Shown here piece by piece: positions 26,277-34,449 of a DNA stretch of 47,630 nt. Under the pieces are notes generated by a model that searched no databases, was not told where the DNA came from, and saw only the letters and a list, made by a program, of their open reading frames with translations. The position numbers and the translations under genes are program-made. This DNA comes from Deltaproteobacteria bacterium (GTDB lineage: Bacteria > Myxococcota_A > Polyangia > JAAYKL01): NCBI GenBank assembly GCA_030591725.1, contig JAUVAN010000002.1, positions 1 to 47,630 of the forward strand. Direction: 5' to 3'. The first letter of the stretch is position 1. The number at the start of each line of letters is the position of its first letter.

Positions 26277-26283
26277 CTATCGG

Positions 26284-26303
26284 GGGCGCAGCATGCTGCG
26301 CCC
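26284..26303. terminator. Perfect 20-nt palindrome between convergent genes
   Basis: gggcgcagcatgctgcgccc is self-complementary at all 10 pairs. On the plus strand it is followed by ttacttt. It lies 7 nt after the plus-gene stop and abuts the minus-gene stop at 26304. Confidence 0.6.
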
Positions 26304-29300
26304 TTACTTTCGGTTCATGGCCGAGATAATATCGTTGATGTGAACGGCCGTCCCCGATTCGACCCCGCCGCTTGTCAGCATGTTCTTCAACGCCTGACGG
26401 GTTTTCTCCAGATTCCTGTTCTCGGACTCCAGCTTGCCGTGCATGATCAGCAACTCTGCGTCCCTGTCTCCGAGTTGCTCGTTCAGGTCGGACACCTGGT
26501 GCCTCATGGCAGCCATTTCACCAGGGACTCTGCTCGATCTGACCGGCTGCAACGGCTGTCCGGGCGCTCCCTCCTCATCTTCATTCACGATCTGGAGATT
26601 TTCAGCCAGCTGTTCTTTGAGCTCCAAGATCTCTTTTTCGAGATTGACGATCCTCGTATTGCGAAACTTGAGTTCCGTATTCCACGCGGCGGTGTCGCCC
26701 TCGTGCTCCTTGACCTGGTCCTCGATCTGACGAGTCTTTCGCTCCATCATGGTAACACGCTGCTCGCGCTCCTCGAGCTGGGACGTGAGCGACTCCAGAA
26801 GAGGCTCGCGCTCCTTGCTCTCGTCGCTGAGACGCCTGATGGTCTCGGCCTGCTTGGCGGAGGTGAGCCGGATCTGAACCAGCTCCGCCGCCGCAGTTTC
26901 ATCGGGCGCGGACTTTGCAGCCTTTTCCTTCTCAATTTCGATTTCATCGAGGAGGGATTGGATGCGTTGCTCGTACTGGCTCGCTCGTGCGTTCGCCCGT
27001 TCGTTCGCCTCGGCAATTTGTTCCTTGAGCTGGGTCTGCCCCGCTTCTGCAGAGGCCTCGACACTCTGAATTCTGGTCTCCAGCTGTCCGATCCTGGCGG
27101 CGTTCTCCTCGCGTTCCCTGTCGAAGTCGGCCGCTTTTTCATCGAGTTCTCTGTCGAAGCCGGTCGCTTGCTCCTCAAACTCTCCCAGGCGATCCACCTC
27201 CACCAGGAGAGAGCGGCTGCGAACTTGCTCCGCCCGAAGAGCTTCGCGCATGGAGCCCATCTGTTGCCCGAGCGAGCCGACCTCGTCCCGCATCGCCAGC
27301 AACGCCCTCTCCCCGGCGGCAGCTTCGTCGGCGCATTCGTTCAATCTTCGCTCCCGCTCATCCAGCCGGGCCTTCACTGCGTCATTCTCTCCCGCCAGAC
27401 GGGCTGCATCGGCTCCGGCCTGCCGGGTTCTCTCCACCTCTCCTGCGAGCTCGGCTCTCACACCGTTGACCTCCAGGCGGGCGTCGGCCAGCTGCATCTG
27501 GAACTGCTCCCCCTCCTTCGCGTCGGCCCTCGCCTCCGCGATTTCCCTTGCCACCTCCAGCCGTATTGTCGCCTCCGCTTCGTTCAGCTCCAGCGACTTT
27601 TTGTCCGCGTGTTTGATGGCGCCTTCCAGTTCGGAACGGGCCGCTGCAAGCGCATTCTCGGACTCGGAAGCCCTGCGCTCCAGGTCGTCGATCAAACCCT
27701 TCGCACTGGCCAGCTGCGTGTTGTTCTCGATCATCTTGTCGTCGAGATCGGCCAGATCATTCTCCATGGACACGCGCAGTTTCGCCCCTGACGTGATCTC
27801 CGAGTTGAGTTCGTCCACCCTTGTCCTGTACGGCTCGAGATCGCGAATTTTTTCGCGGTCCGCCTCCAGCTCGTTTTCCGCAGAGGTCAGCTCGCTTCCC
27901 AGAGAGGTCAGCTGGTTTTCCGCGAAGGTCAGCTCGCTTTTCGCAGAGGCCAGCTCGTTTTCCAGGGAGGCCCGTTGGTTTGCCGCAAAGATCAGCTCAT
28001 TTTCCAGAGAGGCCAGCTCGCTGGAGGAACGTTCCCCTTTTTGAACGAAAGACTCTTCCGCGTTGCGGGCTCTTTCGATGAACTCGTCGAGCTCCTTCTC
28101 GGTCTGCGCATGACGGGCCTGCGCGGTTGCAAGTGCAAGCTCGGCCTCCACACGTGCGCGGTGATGACCCGAACACGCTCCGGTTACCGCTGCAAACTCG
28201 GCCTCCAGCGCTCGTGAATGTTCGATGAATTCGTCCAGCTCACTCTCGGTTTTTGCATGGCGGGCTTCGGTGGTTGACAGAGTGAGCTCGGCCTCCACGC
28301 GCGCCCGGTGATGACCGGAACACGCTCCGACCACCGCCGCAAACTCGGCCTCGAGTTCTCGCGAACGTTCGATGAATTCGTCCAGCTCCCTGGCGGTCCT
28401 CGAGTGACGGGCTTCGTTAGTTGACAGCGCCAGCTCGGCCTCCACGCGTGCCCGGTGATGACCGGAGATGGCTCCGAGGGCTGCTGCGAGCTCGTCGTCC
28501 TTGACGGACAGTATCGACGTGGATTCTTCGAGTACGCGATCCTTTTCTTCCCCGCGCGCCTCCAGCTCGTCGGCTCGCCAGCCGGCGGCCTGTAGATCGG
28601 CCTCCAGCTCCGCGATTTTCCCGTCCCGCTGCGCCAGGGCGATGTTCTTGTCCTGGATTCCCCTATCCAGAGTTTCCTTCTCGGCCTCGATCACTGCGCG
28701 CTCATCGAGCTGAACCATCAGATCCCGCGAGAGAGCCTCATGGCGTGTCAGATCCTCCCTGGCGCCCCGGAGATCTTCCCCGACCAGCGCCAGTTGTTTC
28801 TCGAGAGAAACGACCTCCCCTTCGAACAACGCCCGGTCCTTCTGGACGGTATCCTCGATCGCAGACAGCGCCGCCTTTGCCTCCTGCGCCCCCTGCGCCT
28901 GTTCGCGTGCATGGACCAGTTGCTTCGTGAGATCTCGTTCCTTCTCCTGATGACCGGACAGGTTGTGTTCAAGTTCTTCCTGTCGGTTCCGCAGTTTTTC
29001 CAGCTCGACCAGATCGGCCCGGGTCTGTTCGACGAGCTGGTCCCGCGCGACTTCTGCGGACTCCGCTCTCATGTTGGCCTGCCTGGCCTCATCCTGTGTT
29101 TTCCTGACCTGTTCCTTGATCTTGTTCTGTTCGCCCTGCCGGGCCAACTGCACCTCGATCTGCTTGGCCTGCTGCGCCTTGCGCTCGTCGTCGAACTGCT
29201 TGGCCACATTGACCGCGCGCTCCCGTGCCGCCTCGGCTTCCTGGCATTCGTGCTCCAGGTCTTTCTGGAGGCTCTCTATCTTGACGCCCCGCGTCCCCAT

Positions 29301-30125
29301 CTCGAGCCGGGCCTCCTTGAGATCCGCCTCTGTTCGGTGGACGTCGTCGTGCAATGCTTCCTTCTCGTTCTTCCAGGTCGTCCTCTCGTCGTGAAGCTCA
29401 CTCACCTCCCGCTGCGCGTCCGCGAGCTCCAGGGTCAGGCCGCCGCCCATCTCGATCGTGTCGAGGGGAACCTGTATGACGGAGTAGGGTTCGAGTTCCA
29501 CGGGAGCGTCGCCGCAAACCGCCAGAAACCACTCGATCTCCTCGGCGCCGGATTCCAGAAGGCCCGCATCGAAACTCACCCCTTCGCTTTCTTCCCCTGC
29601 GGCGAGATCGGACACCGCGTAACCCAGGAAGGGCGCCTGCCCGATCATCTGCACGCTGGGGAAGGCGTCTGCCAGGATCTCGTACAGCTGGTAGTAATCG
29701 ATTGTCGAAGTATTCGGCTCGGGCCCGATCCTGTTCTCGCAGATCGGATTGGGCGCGCCGGCTACCACTGAACCTTTGGGGCCGACGATCCTGCGGAGCT
29801 CGTTCAGCAGGCTTACGTGTGAAGGAATCGCCGTGATATCCAGGACGATGGCCACATCGAACATGCCGTCCCGAAATTCGATATCGTCATAACTTACGAC
29901 CTTGAACTCACCACCCTGGTCTTCCTCATCGGAGCGCCACGGTTCGCTCGATTCCCGATCCGAGATGGCACAGACATAGCGCGCGCGGGATTCCAGCATA
30001 AATGAAGCCAGGGAGCGATCATCGGTTACGATGAGCACTCGTCGGTGAACGAACAGGGCTTGCAGGTATGAAAGCCTGGCCAGATGGTGCACCGGCCTTG
30101 TATTTTCAGGTGTTGGCAACGTCAT
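26304..30125 (-). CDS. Giant coiled-coil protein (1273 aa) with ~220-aa globular N-terminal domain (degenerate Rossmann/methyltransferase-like)
   Basis: About 1000 residues are E/A/L/R/K/Q-rich heptad-like sequence. The N-terminus (VLIVTDDRS...FDVAIVLD...LRRIVGPKGSVV) has the strand pattern of class I methyltransferases but lacks the Gly-rich SAM loop. The plus-strand ORFs 26340..27791 and 28740..29771 are shadows. Confidence 0.75.
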   Translation of the reverse strand: MTLPTPENTRPVHHLARLSYLQALFVHRRVLIVTDDRSLASFMLESRARYVCAISDRESSEPWRSDEEDQGGEFKVVSYDDIEFRDGMFDVAIVLDITAIPSHVSLLNELRRIVGPKGSVVAGAPNPICENRIGPEPNTSTIDYYQLYEILADAFPSVQMIGQAPFLGYAVSDLAAGEESEGVSFDAGLLESGAEEIEWFLAVCGDAPVELEPYSVIQVPLDTIEMGGGLTLELADAQREVSELHDERTTWKNEKEALHDDVHRTEADLKEARLEMGTRGVKIESLQKDLEHECQEAEAARERAVNVAKQFDDERKAQQAKQIEVQLARQGEQNKIKEQVRKTQDEARQANMRAESAEVARDQLVEQTRADLVELEKLRNRQEELEHNLSGHQEKERDLTKQLVHAREQAQGAQEAKAALSAIEDTVQKDRALFEGEVVSLEKQLALVGEDLRGAREDLTRHEALSRDLMVQLDERAVIEAEKETLDRGIQDKNIALAQRDGKIAELEADLQAAGWRADELEARGEEKDRVLEESTSILSVKDDELAAALGAISGHHRARVEAELALSTNEARHSRTARELDEFIERSRELEAEFAAVVGACSGHHRARVEAELTLSTTEARHAKTESELDEFIEHSRALEAEFAAVTGACSGHHRARVEAELALATAQARHAQTEKELDEFIERARNAEESFVQKGERSSSELASLENELIFAANQRASLENELASAKSELTFAENQLTSLGSELTSAENELEADREKIRDLEPYRTRVDELNSEITSGAKLRVSMENDLADLDDKMIENNTQLASAKGLIDDLERRASESENALAAARSELEGAIKHADKKSLELNEAEATIRLEVAREIAEARADAKEGEQFQMQLADARLEVNGVRAELAGEVERTRQAGADAARLAGENDAVKARLDERERRLNECADEAAAGERALLAMRDEVGSLGQQMGSMREALRAEQVRSRSLLVEVDRLGEFEEQATGFDRELDEKAADFDREREENAARIGQLETRIQSVEASAEAGQTQLKEQIAEANERANARASQYEQRIQSLLDEIEIEKEKAAKSAPDETAAAELVQIRLTSAKQAETIRRLSDESKEREPLLESLTSQLEEREQRVTMMERKTRQIEDQVKEHEGDTAAWNTELKFRNTRIVNLEKEILELKEQLAENLQIVNEDEEGAPGQPLQPVRSSRVPGEMAAMRHQVSDLNEQLGDRDAELLIMHGKLESENRNLEKTRQALKNMLTSGGVESGTAVHINDIISAMNRK
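27867..28027 (-). repeat. 21-nt (one heptad) tandem repeat, about 7.5 units
   Basis: The units are ccagctcgttttccgcagagg / tcagctcgcttcccagagagg / tcagctggttttccgcgaagg / and so on. They encode LENELIF AANQRAS LENELAS AKSELTF AENQLTS LGSELTS AENELEA. Confidence 0.85.
28077..28517 (-). repeat. Three tandem 147-nt (49-codon) units
   Basis: gatgaa.tcgtc.agctc... starts at 28077, 28224 and 28371. gctcggcctccac occurs at 28139, 28286 and 28433. The units encode SGHHRARVEAEL.LST.EARH..TE.ELDEFIE.SR.LEAEFAAV.GAC three times. The third unit diverges at its end. Confidence 0.85.
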
Positions 30126-30273
30126 TTCTTTCTCTTCAAATCAAACCACAAAGTACATTCAGCCCCGGCCAATCTGCCCCTTTTCTCAAGGGGGGAACGG
30201 CATTATACGCGCATTTTCGCAGCGAGATACCTGAACAGGTGAAGAGTCTAATTTTTTTTATGGGAGAGGGTGA

Positions 30274-31455
30274 TCAATAAGGGGCTTCGGCGGGGGGGGG
30301 CGGCGGCGGGGGAGGCGGGGGAGCAGCCGCGGGAGCCGGTGCCGGAGCAGCCGCGGGAGCCGGTGCCGGAGCGGGTGCAGCCGCAGGAGCCGGTGCGGTC
30401 GGGCCCGTGGACCAGCCACCGCCCGCGCCCCAGCCATCGTCAGTCGCGCCTCCACCTCCGGCCGGGGCTCCCCATCCATCATCAGCGGGAGCGCCCTCTT
30501 CCTTGCCCTTCTTCTTGCCGGAGTCGCCGGCGCCCGAGGTCAGGTTGAAGTTCATGGTGAGGCCGGAATAGACGTAGAGATTGATGATTTTCTGCTCGCC
30601 GGTCCAGGCGCCGGTACCCGAAGCGACGCTGGTCCCGTCGACCTTGCCCACATCCGCAGATGCGAAGGTGAAGCGAAGGCCCAGGATATCGGCTCCAATG
30701 CTGAAGGTGTCCGTGGCAAAGAACTCCGCGCCCACGCCTACCTGGACCACGAGCGGGGACGAAAGCTTGCCGATCATTTTCAGTTCGGCGTCGATGGAGT
30801 TTTGAGCGTCGCTGTCATCGTCCCCGGCGTCATCCCACATATCCTCGCCCGGATCGCTGTCGATGAAATCTTCCCATTCGTCGTCGAGATCATCGTCGTC
30901 GAGCTTCTCGTCATCACTGTCGCAGGTGTCCCAGTTGCAACTATCTTCATCGTAGAAGGCGCTCTTCAGCGCGTCGCGATTCTGACTTGCCTTGCCGTTG
31001 CTGCCGGCGCCCGCGAAGTACTTGCCGACCGCCGCCGTCAGGTAGAGGTTGACACCACCTTCCTCGGGCTGGCTGAAGAAATACTTGGCGCCGATGAGCA
31101 CGCCCACCTGCCAGAAATTGGCCGAGAACGAATCGATGTCACCGGCGCCCTTTTCGGGGTACGGGTACACGGTGTGGGTGAAAAACCCGAAATCCACCGT
31201 GCCGGTCAGCACCAGCTGGTTTGTGATTCCCCAGTGGAATGCGCCGCCGAAGTTTGGTGAATCGAAGGCCATGGACGTTCTGGCCGGGGCGACGTCGGCG
31301 CCCTCGTACGAGAGCATTGGCCTCTTGAAATCGTTCCAGGAAAAATTGGCGCCGACGCCGACGAATCCTTCATCGTCGTCACCAGCCCGTGACTGACCGG
31401 CGGAGAGCATGACGAGCGCCGCCGCAACCAGTCCGATTGTGATTTTTCTGAACAT
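30274..31455 (-). CDS. Secreted beta-rich protein (OMP-like) with acidic insert and Pro/Ala-rich C-terminal tail
   Basis: The RBS is AAGGAG. The signal peptide is MFRKITIGLVAAALVMLSAGQSRAGDD. Alternating aromatic/Gly strands are present. The insert reads DSDDEKLDDDDLDDEWEDFIDSDPGEDMWDDAGDDDSD. The tail reads APAPAAAPAPAPAPAAAPAPAPAAAPPPPPPPPPPAEAPY. Confidence 0.6.
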   Translation of the reverse strand: MFRKITIGLVAAALVMLSAGQSRAGDDDEGFVGVGANFSWNDFKRPMLSYEGADVAPARTSMAFDSPNFGGAFHWGITNQLVLTGTVDFGFFTHTVYPYPEKGAGDIDSFSANFWQVGVLIGAKYFFSQPEEGGVNLYLTAAVGKYFAGAGSNGKASQNRDALKSAFYDEDSCNWDTCDSDDEKLDDDDLDDEWEDFIDSDPGEDMWDDAGDDDSDAQNSIDAELKMIGKLSSPLVVQVGVGAEFFATDTFSIGADILGLRFTFASADVGKVDGTSVASGTGAWTGEQKIINLYVYSGLTMNFNLTSGAGDSGKKKGKEEGAPADDGWGAPAGGGGATDDGWGAGGGWSTGPTAPAPAAAPAPAPAPAAAPAPAPAAAPPPPPPPPPPAEAPY

Positions 31456-31539
31456 CGATCACTCCTTTCGCACCTGTCGAGAATACCCGAAAAGGGACTC
31501 GATCCCGCAGTCCTGGTGCAAGCCGTTGTCGGGACGATA

Positions 31540-31570
31540 CAAGGTGGTCATTCTTTATGTCAAGGTGGTC
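31540..31570. promoter_or_regulatory. 10-nt direct repeat caaggtggtc spaced 21 nt start-to-start
   Basis: Exact copies lie at 31540..31549 and 31561..31570. They are in the divergent region between the minus-strand start at 31455 and the plus-strand start at 31631. This is a candidate regulator binding site only. Confidence 0.3.
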
Positions 31571-31630
31571 GCTGTTTTGGTTGGACCTAAAATTGGCGCA
31601 AAACACGCGCGCGCTGATAGGCTGTATTCC

Positions 31631-34009
31631 ATGTTGTGCATCGGCCACAGGATCGGCCTTTTGTCCCTCCTTGCGTTATCGTGTATCGCCTCGTGCGCGC
31701 TTCGGGAACAGGGTGCGACGGTTCGCACAAAACCCGAGCCCACCAGACCGCCAGACACTCCCGCAGGCGAACCCGAAGAGCCGGATTCCAACCTGATCGA
31801 TGTTGCGGATCTGGCCCCATATTTCGATGACGTGTTCGAGGGCGAAGCGGCCGTCGCCCTGGCCGAAGATCGTCTCGAAGACGCCATGCGGATTTTCGAC
31901 GATATTGCGGCAGAGGTTGAGGACCCAATCCTGACCCCTCGCGCACGGTTTCTGGCCGCGTATCTGGCTCAACGGCTCGGCGACAACGCACGCGCCCTGA
32001 GGGAACTTCCACAGCTGGCCCACCAGCTACCCCTGGTGGCGGACATCGCGTGGGAGACTGCGGCCAGGAGCGCCCTGGCCCTCAAGAAATACGATCTCGC
32101 CATGGAGCTTGCCGGCGCCGTCGCACCGGGGACGACCCCTGCTTTGAACGCGGCCGTGATCGCCGCCGATTCCCTGAGGCATCTCGAACGCTGGGAGGAG
32201 GCCGAGCAGGCTTACAGGAGGTTTCTGGACGACCGGCCCGGCAAGGACCGGCGAGCGGAGGCCTCGAGTCGTCTGGTGACCTGTCTTGCGCGACCCGGCG
32301 GCCCGGACGACAAGATCGATCCCGAGCGCGCGAATGAAGGACTGAAGATAATCGAAAAGCTGCGCGCCCAATCTCCAGGGGGGCGCTGGACCTCACTCGC
32401 GTCAAAGCACGAGGACTTGCTTCTCAGGGCGGCAGGGACGGAGCCGGTCAAGGTCCGAAAGGAAAAGCCGGCAGCGCTGAAGGCGTACGACAAGGCGGCG
32501 AAGCAGATGAGGAAGATGCGAAACCCGGAAGCAAAGGCCTCCTTTGCAAAAGTCATCCGGCTCGCAAGGAAGAACGGAAAGCTGTACTGCCGCGCCAGGC
32601 TGGAGCAGGCGATGGTCATGACGAGGATGAAGACCCACGGAAAAGCCGCACAGCTATTTGAAGAAACAGCATCCGTTTGCGACGATTCCAACATCCGAGT
32701 GAAGGCGCTCCTCAAGGGCGGCCGGGCTTACGTATCGGCGGATCGACACCTGGACGCCATCCGTCTCTTCGCCGTCATCGAGGAGGAGTTTGCGCATCAT
32801 TCGTACGCGGACGACGCGCGCCTGCACAGCGCTCGCAGTCACCTGGCGCTCGGGGATCGCGACACCTTCAAGGAACTGATCCTGTCCATACCCACGCTGT
32901 ACCCGAGCGGGGACATGCGCGCCGAAGCGCTGTGGATCGCCTCTCTGGACGCCCTCTCCAACGACGAACTCGAATCCGCCAAAAAATTTCTTTCCATGTA
33001 CTACAAGCTTTTCCCCGTGGAGAGCGGCTGGTACACCGCCGGTCGCTCCGGGTACTGGATGGCCCGCGTGGAGGAACTCCTGGGCGATACGGGTCGAGCC
33101 GCAGATGTCTACGAACAGGTCATCGCCTCCGCGCCCCTGTCATATTACATGGTTGTCGCACATGGGCGCCTGAACGAGATCGATCCGGGACGGGCGCAAG
33201 CACTGATGGCGCGCCTTTCGCCACCGGGGGGGAAACTCAACACGACCTTTTCCTCGGACCTGCTCGACGAGAACCCCGGTCTCGCCACGGGAGTGGAATT
33301 GCTTCGCCTCGGCCTTACAAGCCGTGCGCGCCGTGAAATCCAGCGGGTGCTTGGCTCTCCGAACAGGCCGGCGGAAATTCACTGGGTCGCCGCGGCGCTG
33401 TTTCGACGAATGGGGCAATTCAACGCGGTGAGAGAGGTGACCGCCGGGATCCTGGGTTCGTGGAAGAGGCGTTATCCTTCCGGCAACGATCTGGTCAACT
33501 GGACCCTGGCCTATCCCACTGCCTACGACGAACAGGTGACCACTGCGGCGCAGGAGAGCGGTGTGGAGAAGTCGCTGCTGTGGGCGGTGATGCGCGAGGA
33601 GAGCAGCTTCAATCCCAGGGTGGAGTCCTGGGCCAACGCCATCGGGCTCATGCAGATCATAATGCCCACCGCCAGGTCCATGGCCAGGAGGCTGGACATC
33701 AAAATAAACAGGAAAAAGCTACGCGATCCGGCGACCAATATCAGACTCGGCGCCGAGTATCTCTCCTACCTGAAGGACAAGTTCGACGGCCACCCGGCTC
33801 TCGTGATCGCCGGCTACAATGCGGGGGAGGGCGCCGTGGCAAGGTGGCTCAAGGCAAGGCCGGACTCCGATCTAGATGTCTTCGTGGAGAAGATCCCCTT
33901 CAAGCAAACCCGCGGCTACACAAAACGCGTGTTGTCCACCCTGGCGACCTACTCATTCCTGTACGACCAGGATCGTCCGGTGCTGACCCCGAAGTTGACC
34001 CTGCCGTAG
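31631..34009 (+). CDS. Soluble lytic murein transglycosylase (Slt70-like: helical repeat N-domain plus SLT catalytic domain)
   Basis: SLLWAVMREESSFNPRVESWANAIGLMQIIMPTA and VIAGYNAGEGAV form the goose-type SLT domain. ATG 31631 gives MLCIGHRIGLLSLLALSCIASC, a signal peptide. The track start 31409 would overlap the divergent upstream gene. Confidence 0.85.
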   Translation: MLCIGHRIGLLSLLALSCIASCALREQGATVRTKPEPTRPPDTPAGEPEEPDSNLIDVADLAPYFDDVFEGEAAVALAEDRLEDAMRIFDDIAAEVEDPILTPRARFLAAYLAQRLGDNARALRELPQLAHQLPLVADIAWETAARSALALKKYDLAMELAGAVAPGTTPALNAAVIAADSLRHLERWEEAEQAYRRFLDDRPGKDRRAEASSRLVTCLARPGGPDDKIDPERANEGLKIIEKLRAQSPGGRWTSLASKHEDLLLRAAGTEPVKVRKEKPAALKAYDKAAKQMRKMRNPEAKASFAKVIRLARKNGKLYCRARLEQAMVMTRMKTHGKAAQLFEETASVCDDSNIRVKALLKGGRAYVSADRHLDAIRLFAVIEEEFAHHSYADDARLHSARSHLALGDRDTFKELILSIPTLYPSGDMRAEALWIASLDALSNDELESAKKFLSMYYKLFPVESGWYTAGRSGYWMARVEELLGDTGRAADVYEQVIASAPLSYYMVVAHGRLNEIDPGRAQALMARLSPPGGKLNTTFSSDLLDENPGLATGVELLRLGLTSRARREIQRVLGSPNRPAEIHWVAAALFRRMGQFNAVREVTAGILGSWKRRYPSGNDLVNWTLAYPTAYDEQVTTAAQESGVEKSLLWAVMREESSFNPRVESWANAIGLMQIIMPTARSMARRLDIKINRKKLRDPATNIRLGAEYLSYLKDKFDGHPALVIAGYNAGEGAVARWLKARPDSDLDVFVEKIPFKQTRGYTKRVLSTLATYSFLYDQDRPVLTPKLTLP

Positions 34010-34065
34010 ATTGGATCGGTAAAGGGAGTTTTTCATTCTCAGAAACTGACGACCCGACCTTCGCG

Positions 34066-34094
34066 CCGCGCCCTTATGAGGGCGCGGTCAGGAT
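34066..34094 (-). repeat. REP-like palindrome (type A copy, reverse orientation); probable bidirectional terminator
   Basis: The sequence is ccgcgccc ttatgag ggcgcgg tcaggat, an 8-bp stem. Its reverse complement matches 46060..46088 at 28 of 29 positions. Confidence 0.75.
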
Positions 34095-34186
34095 TACAGT
34101 CTGTCTTTCCAGTATTCCGGATTTCGATGAAGATGTGCGATCGCAACAATCAGAATGTTTTCTTCTTCTATCTTGTAGATGACACC
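34094..34186 (-). pseudogene. 3' remnant of a ParE/RelE-family toxin gene
   Basis: The reverse strand reads GVIYKIEEENILIVAIAHLHRNPEYWKDRL*, a typical ParE/RelE C-terminus. That frame is open only back to 34240, contains no start codon, and lies inside the antitoxin gene. The roughly 65 N-terminal codons of a normal toxin are missing. Confidence 0.55.
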
Positions 34187-34386
34187 GATTGGTGTTTCTT
34201 GAGGACTTCTTCCAGAGATACAGCCTTGATCACGCCCTGTTCATAGGCTTCAATTCTACTCTCAACTTCCTTCGCCCACAGACGGTCGATTTCCTTGTCC
34301 GGCTTGTTCAGGCTGGAAAGCAGGGTATCCACGAGTTCCGCTCTCTTGTCCGGCTTGAGTCGAACCGCCTCTTCAAAAATGTCCAT
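34168..34386 (-). CDS. Putative addiction-module antitoxin (Unstab_antitox / TIGR02574-like)
   Basis: MDIFEEAVRLKPDKRAELVDTLLSSLNKPDKEIDRLWAKEVESRIEAYEQGVIKAVSLEEVLKK fits the L..ER..L...Ll.SL....id..W..E...R...y..G.....s.eEv pattern. Confidence 0.65.
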   Translation of the reverse strand: MDIFEEAVRLKPDKRAELVDTLLSSLNKPDKEIDRLWAKEVESRIEAYEQGVIKAVSLEEVLKKHQSVSSTR

Positions 34387-34449
34387 AACGTTCCCTTTCC
34401 AGTGCCATCTAACCTTCTCCCACCCAATAATAACCTGCGGATGGAAAAC

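Noticed and set aside
30202-30207. A TATAAT -10 hexamer on the minus strand, 77 nt upstream of the coiled-coil gene start.
   Set aside because: There is no acceptable -35 element at 16-18 nt spacing (GGTATC/GTATCT). A lone hexamer is not sufficient evidence for a promoter.
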